DNA of 64,000 nucleotides from Mobula hypostoma (taxonomy: Eukaryota): positions 14,942,001 through 15,006,000 of the forward strand of contig NC_086121.1 of assembly GCF_963921235.1 (NCBI RefSeq), given 5' to 3'. This document shows positions 49,273-61,650 of the stretch, in pieces (position 1 is the stretch's first letter; each line of letters opens with the position of its first letter). A model generated the notes under the pieces. The model did no database searches. It saw only the letters and a program-made list of their open reading frames with translations, and was not told the origin of the DNA. The position numbers were made by a program, and so were the translations under genes.

Positions 49273-50614
49273 AAACATTGTGCCAGCCAACCTTTTAAGT
49301 CTCAAGACTGTTTAATGTCATTTCCTGCAGACAAGTTTAAGGAGAGCAAAATAATTTTGCTCCAGGTCCATTGCAGTTTTAAAAAAAACACCAAAGATAA
49401 AGAACATAATAATACACAGATTGATTGTAAAGTGACGTTAGGCTGTACATAAGGTGACTGACTAGAAGTAATAAAGTCGCGGTGGAGTTGGTGGGTGGAG
49501 GTGTGTACGAGCGGCGGGAATTGTACCTGAGTCACTGCCCATGTAATAATGCTGCCCCGCAAGTTGTTCGAGCCCTAAATGTTAATAATTTGCAGATACA
49601 AATGTGCTCAAACTCGTTAACTTACTGCATTGCTTTCCCTCTTTGAAAGGCTATTTTGGACAGCCATGGCTCTGCCTTTCTTGGACTGCCGTGGCTTTGT
49701 TTGGGTTTCTGGCATGATAGTTGTGTCCTGATCTACAGACTACGTTGCTTTCCAGCTTGACTCTGTTAATCCTCCTCTCCCCTTCAGCAGTTGGTTTTTC
49801 TATCTTTGGACTAAACTGTCATTGTGTATTCCCCCAGAATGTTCTGGCATAACTCTCATAGCAGTCAGTCCGGCCAATGTGGACATTTCTGACTTGTCTT
49901 CCAATTTGAACAGGATAGTTGGTGCTTCAACAGCATGCTGGTCTTCTCCTTGTTTGCTCCTAGTACTTTCCTTCATCATTTCTCCTTCCCTCCTCCTTGT
50001 GACTGGTAGGGATGTGAATCAGGCTGCTTTCGTTCCAACCTGTGTATCCCCACTGGGGCTATACTACGTTTGAGTACGTTTGCGTCTGCAACATATCAAC
50101 ATTTAGGGCTCTAACAGAGAGGATGGTCAAAAATAAACACCATTCCTTCTCCTTCCAAGATTGCCTCAAAAAAAACCCGCTACAGACAAGGTACAATCCA
50201 AGCAGACAAAACAGCCTCTGTCGTGGCATAGGCCAAAGGATTTATTTTAAGCTGCCTTTTTTATATTCTCCAAGCTGCCTGGATGCCAGCTGTTCTTGGG
50301 CCGTGTCTTTTGTTTCAAGTCATTGTTTTTGTTCCATGAAAGGAAAACTTGCAATCTTAAAGCAGAAGATGAAGGGACGGTGACCAGCAGATGATTTTAA
50401 CTCCTTCATTGCCAGATTGTGCCAAATGGAGATGTGGGTTAAGAACTGTGATGTAACGTACTATATTTTGTGAACTTCGGTCTCCAGATCTGTGAGGCCT
50501 GTGACTCTATAGCCATGAGAGGACTTTGTTCAGACATAACTAAGTTTGGCTTGTCGTAGTTTTGATGTAGATTGTTCAGAATAAAGCTGCGCAGTAATAT
50601 GTCCACTGACAGGA

Positions 50615-50985
50615 AAATATCGATTTCTCCTTCCAGTAAACAAATTCCCCCCCCCCCCCGCCCTTCCCTCTATTCCCCACTCTGGTCTTTTACCTCTTCT
50701 CACCTGCCTATTACTTCCCCCGGGTCCCCTCCTTCTTCCCTTTCTCCTATAGTCCACTCACCTCTCCTCTCAGATTCCTTCTTCTCCAGCCCATGAGCTT
50801 TCCCCACCCACCTGGTTTCATCTATCACCTTCCAGCTAGCCTCCTTCCCCTCCCCTCACCTTCTTATTCCAGCGTCTTCCCCCTTCCTTCTCGGTCCTGA
50901 AGAAGGGTCTCGGCCCGAAACGTCGACAGTCTTTATTTATTTCCGGAGATGCTGCCTAACCTGCCGAGTTCCTCCAGCATTTTAC
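50615..50985 (+). mobile_element. Penelope-like element 3' end (ORF terminus, pyrimidine-rich UTR, pLTR)
   Basis: aatatcgatttctccttccagtaa = NIDFSFQ-stop, resembling the end of vertebrate PLE GIY-YIG domains; followed by a C/T-rich UTR and the pLTR. Confidence 0.85.
50892..50929 (+). ncRNA. Minimal type-I hammerhead ribozyme motif (PLE type)
   Basis: CGGTC-CTGAAGA-A-GGG-tctcgg-CCC-GAAA-CG-TC-GACAG; predicted cleavage after C50924. Confidence 0.75.
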
Positions 50986-51519
50986 TTTGGACAGTATGCT
51001 ATGCTTTTACCTGGGGAGGCGGGGGGAATACTTTGACAGCTCTGACATTGAACACAGGAATCACAGTGCAATTAACTCCTGCCTGTTCATTGTAATGCAG
51101 GTGACGGACCAATAATGTGCTCTGTGCTAATTATGATGATGCTGTGTCCAGCCAGCACTGAGCATGATGTTCATTGTCAGGGGAACTATACTGTGATGGC
51201 TGGGAGCAGTTACAGTCGATCTGCAACGCTAAAGCTAGCCAGAACAGCTTAGCGGGATAAATGCATTGTGACTGGAGCAGGTGCCGGAAGGCATTCTGCA
51301 ACTAAACCTGACGTAGGGAGCTCTCCAGAATGGCATGACGAGAGAGGGATTGACGCTTGAGACGGCCGCTGCGAAGGCTCGGTGGGGAAAGACGAGAACG
51401 TAGAGTCTGCCTGCCACGGGACACCTGAAGGGCAAGGCTCTGTGTAAACTGTTAACACTTGTTGCCTTTGGAGCGTGTCAGATGAAAGTGCCCTGTTGAC
51501 AAAATGTAAGTGTTGTAAG

Positions 51520-51600
51520 CAGGAGTTCCCAGCCTTTCTTAATGCCATGGACCAACCCCATCAAGCAAGGGCTCCGTGGGCCCCAGATTGGGAACCCCAG
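51520..51600. mobile_element. ~80-bp hAT MITE (second copy)
   Basis: caggagttcccagcct..agattgggaaccccag, colinear with 45697-45776. Confidence 0.8.
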
Positions 51601-52317
51601 AATGGTGTTGCTTGTTGCAGTGAATGAACTGAGGTTAATGCAATATTCTGCATTTTATATTTTAAGAAAGGAGTATATTTGGCGGAAGAATTTGCAAGGG
51701 GGAAGGATGTGCTGTGGCTGCAGAGGGCGAGGAGGTCCCCCCTGACTCGAGCTCAGAAGGCAGAAAGAGCAGATAGCTCTATTAGATTTGGGTGTGAGCC
51801 AGCAGAACCCCAAATGCCTGGAGTAGGTGATGTAGGAGGTTCAGTGACTTCACTAGAATGACCAATGAAAGCACCTTCGAATGTCATATTGTACCATCTC
51901 CACACTGCTCAACTTGATAGCAGGAGACTTTTTCCCTCCAGGGTCATCACCACACAGTGGGCCAAAGGGCCTGTATTGTGTTTGTGTTTCCTGACACCCA
52001 AGACCACTCTCGCCAGGAATCCCTGTCAGGCTAATGTTTGAGAATCATTTGCCCCACACATCTCGCACTAACTCCTTTGACAACGTACCTGTTGCTCTTT
52101 CCTGCCTGTGGGTGCAGGAGGGCCTTCGTTGCCCAGTTGCCGCCATTTATGGCAGAGGCTCAGTGGCAGCTGCCGCTGAACGAGTGCGCCGCAGCTGGTG
52201 GTGCTGCGCGGGCGGCTGGACGTCTGGCCTCTGTAATTCCTTCCATCCATTCGCAGCAGAGAGGCAATACCTGTGACAGACGTGGGTGAAGGTAGTGGCA
52301 ATCCAGCATCAGTTATA

Positions 52318-52587
52318 TATTTTTATTTAGAGATACAACAGGGAGCAGGGGCACCCAGCAACCCTACTTATTTAACTGTAGCCTAATCACAGGACAATTT
52401 ACAAAGACCAATTAGTCTACCAATCGGTACACCTTTAGAATGCGGGAGGGAAGCACAGCGCCTGGTGGAAACCCACGTCTTCACAGGGAGGACATACAAA
52501 CTCCCTACAGATGGGGGTCTGAACTTTGAACTCGGACACCCGAGCTGTGATAGCGTCATGCTAACCGCTAGCCTACCGCGGTGCCAT
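52318..52587 (-). mobile_element. V-SINE (HE1-like)
   Basis: ttatttagagatac..cctaatcacaggacaatttaca..gctaaccgctagcctaccgcggtgcc. Confidence 0.85.
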
Positions 52588-52741
52588 TGCTGAAGGCTAC
52601 AGTCCTTTCAGTATCTTGTTTGCTCTGCCTGCTGGTTTGCGGCGAAGAAATGGTGGGAAAGAATGAATAGAGAGTCTCAGTGACTTATTTATGAGCTCAA
52701 GCGGCCTTGAGCTCATAAACGGCAACTTCGGTGATGCTCTC

Positions 52742-53160
52742 TGATTGAAACAGGTTTATCATCACTGACATATATTGTGAAATTTGTTGTTTTGTGGCAC
52801 CAGAGCAGTGCCGTACATATAAAATACAATAAATTACATAAGAAATATATATAAAAATTTAAGTAGTGCAAGAAGAAAGCAAAGATTGTGAGGCAGTGTT
52901 CATGGGTTGGTTCAATGCCCATTCAGAAATCTGATGGTGGTGGGGAAGAAGCTGTTCCTAAAACAGTGATTGTACATCTTCAGGCTCCTGTACCTCCTCC
53001 CTGGGTGATGGAGGCCCTTAATGATGGGTGCTGCCTTTTTTGGAACATTGCCTGTTGAAGACATGCTCGGTGCTGGGGAGACGAGTGCCCGCGATGGAGC
53101 CGGCTGAGTTTGCAACCCGCCGCCGCGTTTTTGAATCTGGTGCAGTGGCCCCGTGCGTAA
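52742..53160 (-). mobile_element. Rex1/Babar LINE 3' part
   Basis: ORF 52912-53250 ends KKAAPIIKGLHHPGRRYRSLKMYNHCFRNSFFPTTIRFLNGH; tail gataaacctg. Confidence 0.9.
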
Positions 53161-54043
53161 ATGTAACGATGAAATGACCTGCAAGTTGCACGTAAAGGGT
53201 GAAGAGAGGAGTCCGCAATGGTTGGCGGCGGTGTCCACAACGGTTGACATGAATGCTTATGTTTGAGCGGTGTGCTTAGGGTAGGGGGATGTTGATTAAC
53301 GGAGAGGATTCTTCGCCTTGCATCCAATCCTTGATGTCTGCTAGTCTGTATGGGGTGATTGCAGGGAGCAGCATGTTATGGTAAAGGTAAATGTGGGCTG
53401 GGGTGGTGGTGGTCTGTGTTGAAAGATTTGCCTGGGGACCCGGGTGTAGGTGCGTACCGGGGATGTGCGTAAGTACCTGTGAGGTTAGCAGGGCGTGTGT
53501 TGTGAAAGTTCTCCATGAAGGTGTAAGCTTGCCACTGGCGCAGTTTCCCGCTCCTATGGACCCTCCTGATACTCAAAAAGCTGGTCTGTTGAGCCAGTTT
53601 TCTCTTTCCTCCACTCTTTCTATCTCAGTTCATGGGAATTCTTTCCATTTTGCAAATCTGCCAGTTGAAACAAGACGCGACCTTTAGGAAAATATTATAC
53701 AACTAAAGTAAATGTCTTTGCATGCATGTCGTGATAAACGTTTCAAATTTACTGTGATTTCTGTGCTTAGAGCAAGCAAAATGTGTAGCTCTTTGGCTTG
53801 AAATGGTTTTGCTAGCTTCCTGAGCCATGTGGAATTAAAAGTATGGGCAATTATTAAAATGGCTAATCAAAAGAGTTATTAATTTTCATCCCTTTCTCTA
53901 AAGCAATGACAGTGATGGAACTGTAAATTCTTTCAGCCATTCCTGTGATAGGAAAATAAATGATGATCGTAGAAGAAATTGAAGTTAGAAAGATCAGCAT
54001 TTTTATGTGCATAACTGGCCTTCTGCCTTAGTGATTTCAATTG

Positions 54044-54573
54044 CTCTCAGTGGCCACCTTATTAGGTGTAGGAGTAGAACCTGGTGTGGTCTTCTGCTGC
54101 TGTAGCCCATCCACTTCAAGATTCAAAGTGTTGGGCATTCAAAAATGCTCTTCTGTACACCACTGTTGTAACGTGTAGTTATTTGAATTATTGTCGGCTT
54201 CTCGTCAGCTTGAACCAGTCTAGCCATTCTCTGACCTCCTGTTAACAAGGCATTTTTGCCCATAGAACTGCTGCTCACTGGATGTTTTTTTTTGTCACAC
54301 CATTCTTTGTAAACTTTAGAAACTGTTATGCATGGAAATCGCAGATCAGCAGTTTCTGAGATACTCAAACCACCCCATCTGGCACCAGCAGTCATTCGAC
54401 AGTCAAAACCACTTAGGTCGTATTTCTTCCCTATTCTGATGTTTGGTTTGAACAATAAATGAACCTCTTGATCATGTCTGCATGCTTTTATGCATTGAGT
54501 TGTTGCCATGTGAATGGCTGATGAGATATTTGCATTAATGAGCAGATGTACCTAATAAAGTGGCCACTGAGGG
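54044..54573 (-). mobile_element. Non-autonomous Tc1-like transposon
   Basis: ORF 54123-54509: IGKKYDLSGFDCRMTAGARWGGLSISETADL..VSKVYKEW..RMARLVQAD; TIRs present, right end followed by TA. Confidence 0.92.
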
Positions 54574-55387
54574 TATCTCAAATGTGATGATATTGTCTTG
54601 TTGCATCTTTTTAATACTTTCTAGTTAACCCGTATTATTGGAGTTCTGTATTTTGTACAAGACTATTTCCCTGGTGACACCGCTGTTAAAAACTAAAATA
54701 TCCCCAATTGCATCAATGCTGCAAATTCTTCCACCTGTTTGATTTCTTAATGCTGGCAAGACTCACTGCATAAAAGCAGAAAGCTTATTGTGTGAAGTTG
54801 TTTGGTTAGTACTATCTGGAAGAGATAAATCTTACCAGAAGCAGCATAAAAATTTTAACAGTGGTGATCCTTACATATGTCTACAGCACAAAGAACTGTA
54901 CTCTGTTGTGTTGCTTATAAAATATTTAAAAGCTATCGATGTGCCTCTTGGAGTTTATAAAGAATCCAGGGCAGATGCATTAAATGATTTCTGTAACCAA
55001 GTATGTTCCTTTAAAAATGCTCCTGCTGAAACATTTATGAGATGGTGGTGTACAAGGTAGGCATATGAATGGGTGGTTAGGGGAAAAAGCCACATTGACA
55101 GCCCAGCTAGTATGAAGCTTTCTCAGGAGGCGGCTGTTTCATCGGACCCCCTAAGATTAACTGATGATCAAAAAGGTACGAAAGAAATAAAAACATTGCT
55201 GGAAACACTCAGTAGGTCAGGCAGCATCTGTGGAGCGAGAAGCAGAATTAGTTTTCCAGATTGGTGACCTTTCACAACAAATAGGACTTTGGAAAACAAG
55301 TGTTTCCAAGTTACAGAGTTAAGGAGTGGTGGAGGGAACAGTGTGACAGGGTGGTAATGGGCTTAGGTGCAGCCTGAAGTAGGGTGG

Positions 55388-55598
55388 TGGTTGTTGTTCC
55401 TCTCCGCGCCTTGCGGTGCATTGGGTTAAATCCTTGCCATTTCTTTAGCATTTTTGTCTGGTTTGTTTTAATCGAGGCCGAATTGCTAGCTTGACGCTCA
55501 ACCCAGGTTGGATGGAAAGCGTGCAGGGAGCCGGCTGGATTTGAACCCGAGACCACTCGCCTTGAAGTCCGGTGCGGAAGCCACTGCGCCAGCGGCCG
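55388..55598 (-). mobile_element. tRNA-derived SINE, family B, next to an old Penelope remnant (55188-55387)
   Basis: gttgttgttcctctccgcgccttgcgg tail; ggatttgaaccc is the B-box complement. Confidence 0.85.
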
Positions 55599-56734
55599 GA
55601 TATGAAATAGGGTGGTGAAGGCTTGATAATCTTAGCTGGTCTTATCTGAAGAAATATAATAAGGAAATGAATGAGCAATGGAACAATGGATCATCGTGCT
55701 GGAATGGTACTGGGACCATTTGAGGATTTGCATTCTTGATAACTATTTGGTGATCCCTGCTGAACTCCACATCGCTGGCGACTGGTCAAGCACAGGATCC
55801 GCTTGCAGTGGTGCAGATTTGTAGCAGTTTTCCTGGTGTGTTGTAGCCTGGCTGAATACCTGCTGAGATTTTTTTTTAAAAACTTGGCATGGATAAGGAA
55901 TAGCATTTAATGAGCACCTTTTTATTTACAAAACCAAATACTTTATTTCATTGAAAATTCATGTATGCAAATCTTGCCACAACAAGCAATGCTCTAGTCA
56001 ACACACATACATATTTTGCAGTCATTTTGTTTTTTTTGTAAATTTTTACTCCCTGGAGGCTCAGACCTTTTCAGGCATTTTGTGGTTAGGTGGAAGTGCC
56101 AATTCACAGTGTCCTCCTAGAGGGTATTTGCATTGTCTTGTCTCACTTGAGTAATTCTCCTCAACCTTGGCATGTACTAGTGGAGAAAGCCTACTTATGG
56201 ATAGTTAATTTTGCTGGGAGACCGGTGAGTCTCTGTCAAGCAGATCACTTTCACTGAGTCTGCAGGCAACAGTTGATTCCTGTCTTCCTGGGTTTGCAGT
56301 TTGAAGTTTGGCATCGGACATTGTGCTGTTGCTTTGGTTTGTTAACCTAATACCAAAAGTGCTGCTGACTGTATTGGAGCCAGCGCTGCAGATCAATGTT
56401 ATTGCTACCAGTGTTATTGAATGTGACTTCTGCCACCTGACTCCCAGCTACTGACCTAGATCTGCATGGGTCATGCTCTCTGCCAGTCACAGGCCAGCCA
56501 GGCCTGTCACAAAGCAAGGTTGCAGTTGGTGCAGGCCACCTCTTGTTGGTATGAGTCGAATAGGGCCGGAACTGTTCCACATCCAAGTTAGTTTCTCTCT
56601 TCTGATTGTCAATCGGCTTGCACTGTGAGGTGTGCTCGGGCATATCTTCTTATCTCGTCCTTGGTGCTTTGTAACAAATGAGACAAACCAATGCTAAGTA
56701 CCTCACATACGGCGGCCATTTTCTCAGTATTATT

Positions 56735-56925
56735 TATTTACTTTTTTAAAAAATTGCAGTTTGTCCTCTTGAGCATTGGTAGTTTGTCAGTCTTTGTATG
56801 TAGTTTTTCATTGATTCTATTGTAGTTCCTTATTCTGCTATGAATGCCCATGAGAAAATGAATCTCAGGTTTGTATATGGTGTGACATATATGTACTTTG
56901 ATAATAAATTTACTTTGAACCTTGA
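56735..56925 (+). mobile_element. Rex1-type 3' tail
   Basis: gaatgcccatgagaaaatgaatctcaggtttgtatatggtg..tactttgataataaatttactttgaaccttga. Confidence 0.85.
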
Positions 56926-58602
56926 GCATAATCATTTCTACTTGAAGTAACTTTGGAGTATGCCAATACTCCTGCAATCTACCTGACATTAAATGATTTT
57001 TCATTTAATTTCTAAGAGGAAATACTATGTATGGGATATAGAAATATTTTCAACAAGAACTAACTTTGATCAGGGCAATGCAGCAACCAACAATTTGGAA
57101 AGATTCAGGTTTTCCCTTGGGCAAAGAAAGCCCATTATTTCTGAAAAGTTTAGTTAGCTTACCACATCAAATGTGTGCCAGGTTACCCCTCAACTCCAAC
57201 ATAATAGAACATCAGTTTGGATGCAGATGGCAATTACTGTAGGCAAGTTAGCTGGGGCCACCTTGACATGAATTTCTTAAAGCCGTGATTCTGGATGGCA
57301 TTGCTCCTTGCATCTGTGCAGACGAGTCAACTCTTCCATCCGCCACCTCAAGGAGGGACTGTCTTTTGCGGATGTGGTACTAAAAGCCAGGCCCTTGAAG
57401 ACCAGGCTAATAGAACTAGTTTGGAATGACTGACTGCTGTATACAAAAGGAGTGTATACGTGAAGCTATATTACTTTAATTTACAGTTTCTCAAAGCTCA
57501 AAGTAAATTTTATTATCACACATATATGTCACCATTTATAACCCTGAGGGCATTAAGAAAATAAAAACTGCACATTTTTGCCAGCAAGATGCTAGATAGA
57601 GGAGTCTCATCCCTCTGCAGTTCAGCAGAGGACCCTTTCTCCTGCCACGCTTTTGGGCATGGCGATGAGCCTTAAAGGCATTGCACCCGACTCGTCCGGC
57701 TTCTTTAGTCGATCGCGAGCTCTGAAGATCACTGAGGTGATTTAAAAGTTCCATTGTTAAGAGGAAAGTTACATGCCACAGATTGCAGTGGAAGTCATTC
57801 AAAAGAAGTATATTTAAGAGGAATTTTGGAACATATTTTCTGCAGCCCACACAGAAATGATTGTCAGCACCATTTTGTTCTTGAGTTCTATTTTAAAACG
57901 GAATATGATGTAATGGATTTGGTCATCTGTCTGAGTACCTGGGTTACCATCTAGTTATATTGTACAAAATTTCTCCAGGACTTTATTAACCTAGTGTAAT
58001 TAAATAAATTTAATTACAAACTGCATTAACTCCGTTATTATTCTATCTTAATTTTCAAAATGCAACACATGCTATTGAAAACAAAATTGTGGTGGTAGCG
58101 GGGGCGCGGTTGTCTAGTAGATTTGAATATTGTGAACTCATTTATATTCTACTTTTAATGACAGCAATTAAAATGAAATGTGAATGAAACTGCGTACTGT
58201 GCCTTCCAGTGACATGTTGCCATGGTCTTGTTGCGCCGTCTTGCATGGCCAGTGCCGCAGACTGCACTGCTGCCAGTGTTGCATGCAGTTGTTCCCATTG
58301 ACACAGCGGTCACATTGCCAGAAGCAGTTTCTGTCCTTCTAATTTCAGCGTGCAGCCTGGATCTGTGTGGGCCATGTCCCAAGCCAGTCTTACCTGACCC
58401 AATTTGCCAGTGGAATGTGGCTCATGTCCAGCCTACTCTGGACAATATGCTCTCCACTTGCAAACTAAATACATACCTATTGGAAGATGGTGTCAAACTG
58501 ACTTCTACAGTCAGAAAGGATATCATCTTTTGATAAGTAGATTCTTCAGCAATTATTAAAATAGGGTTGTGATTAAGTGGATAGATCTCATCCAATCATT
58601 GC

Positions 58603-59423
58603 CTTAGGCACGTACATATAGTTAGGGTGTCTAAGACTTTTGCACCGTACTATAATTATTTTGTGCATTGCACTATACTGCTGCCACACAAAAATAAAAT
58701 CATGACATATGTGAGTGATGATGAACCTGATTCTGATATGGGTCACTATTGTGGACTGAGATTGGGAATCAAAATCAGGTTTAATATCACCGCCATATGT
58801 TGTGAAATTTGTTGTCTTTGCGGCAGCAGTGCATTGCAATGCATAATGATAGAAAAATATGAATTGCAGTAAATACATATATTAAATAGCTAAGTGTAAA
58901 ATATGATAAAAGTAGTGAGGTAGTGTTCATGGGTACAATGCCCATTTAGAAATCAGATGGCAGAGAAGTAAAAGCTGTTCCTAAATTTGGAGTGTGTGTG
59001 CCTTCAGGCTCCTGTACCACCTACCTGATGGTAGCAATGAGAAGAGGGCATGATCTGGGTGATGGGGGTCCTTAATGATGGATGCTGCCTTTTTGAGGCA
59101 TCGTTCCTTGAAAGTGTCCCGGATACTGCAGAGGCTAGCACCCATGATGGAGCTGCCTTTACAACTCTCTGTAGTTTACTCTGATCCTGTGCAGAAGCAA
59201 CCCCCACCCCAGTTAGAATGATCTCCACAGTGCTGTCCAGGGAGAGGAAAATCATGGCTGGGAAAAGAGGAAGGGAGAGGGGAAGGAGCGGGAAGAACCG
59301 GAGAGAGAGACATCCTGTAATGATCAATAAACCAACTCTCTCTCCACATTGACAAATAACGTACTGTGCAAAAGTTTTAGGCACCCTAGCTATATATATG
59401 CCTAAGATTTTTACACAGTGCTG
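58603..59423 (+). mobile_element. Composite Tc1/mariner-type element bracketed by two TIR hairpins, carrying a captured Rex1 tail
   Basis: Hairpins of (ca)gtactgtgcaaaagtyttaggcac at 58603-58652 and 59360-59423 (then TA). The internal Rex1 tail and purine-rich segment are colinear with 63702-64000. Confidence 0.8.
58766..59232 (-). mobile_element. Rex1/Babar LINE 3' part nested in the composite element
   Basis: gaatcaaaatcaggtttaatatcac tail; ASAQDQSKLQRVVKAA, and KKAASIIKDPHHPDHALFSLLPSG in another frame. Confidence 0.9.
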
Positions 59424-60403
59424 TAGGCAAGGCTCAGAACCAGCCAATCATGGGCTCATTTCCAAAAGTGGTAACTGGTCGGATCATGGGAAGTCACGCT
59501 GCATGTCTGAGGCTCTCGTGACACAGTGGATGGACACCACTGTGTCTGTTGTGTGCTGGGTGGAACTAATCAGTTGGGTTTTTGAATGATTGCAGCTTGG
59601 ATCCATCCCACCAATTAGGGATGGAAGATCATTATAGCCTTTGATAATCTGACCACTGATGGTGCAGTTTAAACTTCATGCAGTCGATCAGAATGCATTC
59701 CTTTTTACGCCAGGCTTGGAATTATTTCAGTTAGATCATCTTTTAAGGCACTTTGCAATATCACAGCACGTTCCGATTTTAAATACTGTTGAGTGGGTGT
59801 TTTCCCCCCCCAAAAGGAATGTTTGGCTTAGCCAATGGAAACTTATGTCAGCAGTGCCCCTTTATAATATTGACTGGATGAGGGGGAGGTGGTGGGAAGG
59901 TATTGCAAAAAAAAGTGTTTGTGTTACATTTGCAATGCAGCAGGAGTTCTTTCAGGATTAAAAGAACAAAGTTCTTTTGAAGCCCGGTGATTTGGCAATC
60001 TTAGGGCAGTTCCTTTAATGTATTGTTCAAAAAAAAAATTTCCAAATCATCTGCTACTGGGAGATGAGCACTGTTTGTCTAGCTACACTTTGGCCTAGTC
60101 CCACTGTTATGTCGGTTGCTATGGAGAGAAACATTTAAAGTGCCAGATTAAGAAAGAAACTGAACTGAAATGGGTAGAAATATGATCCGTGTTTAAGGGT
60201 GTGAATCAGTACACTATTTCAAAATGGGGCTGGCTGCATTAAACGGCTTCTTTTCCACCCCCACCGCCACAAAAATAAAGCATTGACTGACACCTTCCTG
60301 TTCCTCTGAACCAGAGTTCATGTTTCGGACCTTTATAGGGTCTGTTTACAGATCAGCCCAACGCAGCTGTACATTCAAAGCAGGTTTCATATTGGAATGT
60401 CTG

Positions 60404-60427
60404 CTTGCCTGCCTGCCTGCCTGCCTG
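60404..60427 (+). repeat. (GCCT)n microsatellite
   Basis: cttgcctgcctgcctgcctgcctg. Confidence 0.8.
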
Positions 60428-61274
60428 AGGCACTGCCAAGTGTTGGCTCTAACAGTGGCTGTGTTTGCTCAATGCATCTCAGACAGGCTGGCAATATGAT
60501 AGTCTGTCACCATGCACACACATTACACTCAGTTTGACCTAATAAGGACTGAAAAGTTGGGGGGGGGGAGCTGCCTCCAGATAGATAGCAGTCTTTCAAT
60601 TTCATTTTTTAAAAAAGATACAAGAAGAAAAGAGCTCAATTCAAAGTTAATTCTGAATTTAAAACGGGGCAAGAAGCCAATTTAATTCCATCAGTTTTGT
60701 TTGATACATAAATGTACTATTGAAGTACTGAACAGTTCTTACTTGCACTGTCATTAAAACGTCAGAGTTTCAGACACAAAATAAAGACTTCTGCACTGTT
60801 TAAGTATTGCAGTCACACTCATACTAAACTAAATCTTGTAAATTAACGTAATAATTAATGGTGCTCTATGATGCTGTCTAATTCCATGCCATATGGTTCA
60901 CAGTCTAGACATGTTAGGAAATCTCCCTTGATTACTTTTATTTCCAGCAAAAGGATCTCTAAATCACTTTATTTCTCTTGCAAAAGGGACTTCATGATAA
61001 ATGACATCATTGTGAAGTGTTCAGAATGTTCAGGTTTTCATGAGCCGGGAAGGATTGAAGTTCTTCCTTGAAAGGTACCGTCTCATCCCTCGAGAGTTCT
61101 GACCCTTTGAGCTAGAAACCTTGTATCTAGATTTATACTAAATATTCTCATTATAGGGTCAATCACTATGTCAATTTATACTGATAGCATTGGAGGTTAA
61201 ACACAATTGATGTTTTATTTTCAACAAAACTTGTGTTGGAAATCTGAATTAAAGCAGCAAATGCTGGAAGTAAC

Positions 61275-61650
61275 GTTCAAATTACGTTTATTATCAAAGT
61301 GTGTATACTATATACCACTTTGAGATTCGTCTCCTTACAGGCAGCCACAAAACAAAGAAACCCAATAGGACCCATTAAAAAAAAGACCGTCAGACACCCA
61401 ATATTCAGAAAGGAAAACAAATTGTGCAAACAACAAAAGTAAGCAAGTATCCTTCAGAACTGAAGTCCACAAAAGTGAGTCCACAACCGCGAAGCCAGTC
61501 GTCACTGCAGCCGATTCAGGTGCCTGTCATTTGCAGGCTACAGCCTCAGTTCAGCGCAGTGAACCTCGCGGAGCAGCAAGCTAAACACTGGCCCGACCCT
61601 TGCCGCCGGTCCTGACAGCCTGACCTTTTCAATCAGGCCCAGCGCTTAAA
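61275..61650 (-). mobile_element. Short element: Rex1-type tail plus GC-rich non-coding body
   Basis: gttcaaattacgtttattatcaaagtgtgtatac..tgagattcgtctccttacaggcagccac tail (cf. 40630-40830). Confidence 0.65.

Noticed and set aside
51133-51196. C/D-box snoRNA (ATGATGA..CTGA..ATGATGT..)
   Set aside because: The terminal D box is CTGTGA, not CTGA; there is no terminal stem and no rRNA-complementary guide I can recognise.
55161-55183. Hammerhead core (CTGATGA..GAAA)
   Set aside because: No stem II, stem III or stem I pairing.
55620-57400. Ancient SINE relics (DeuSINE-like) at ~55620-55870 and ~57250-57400
   Set aside because: Similarity was only impressionistic; a Dfam HMM search is needed.
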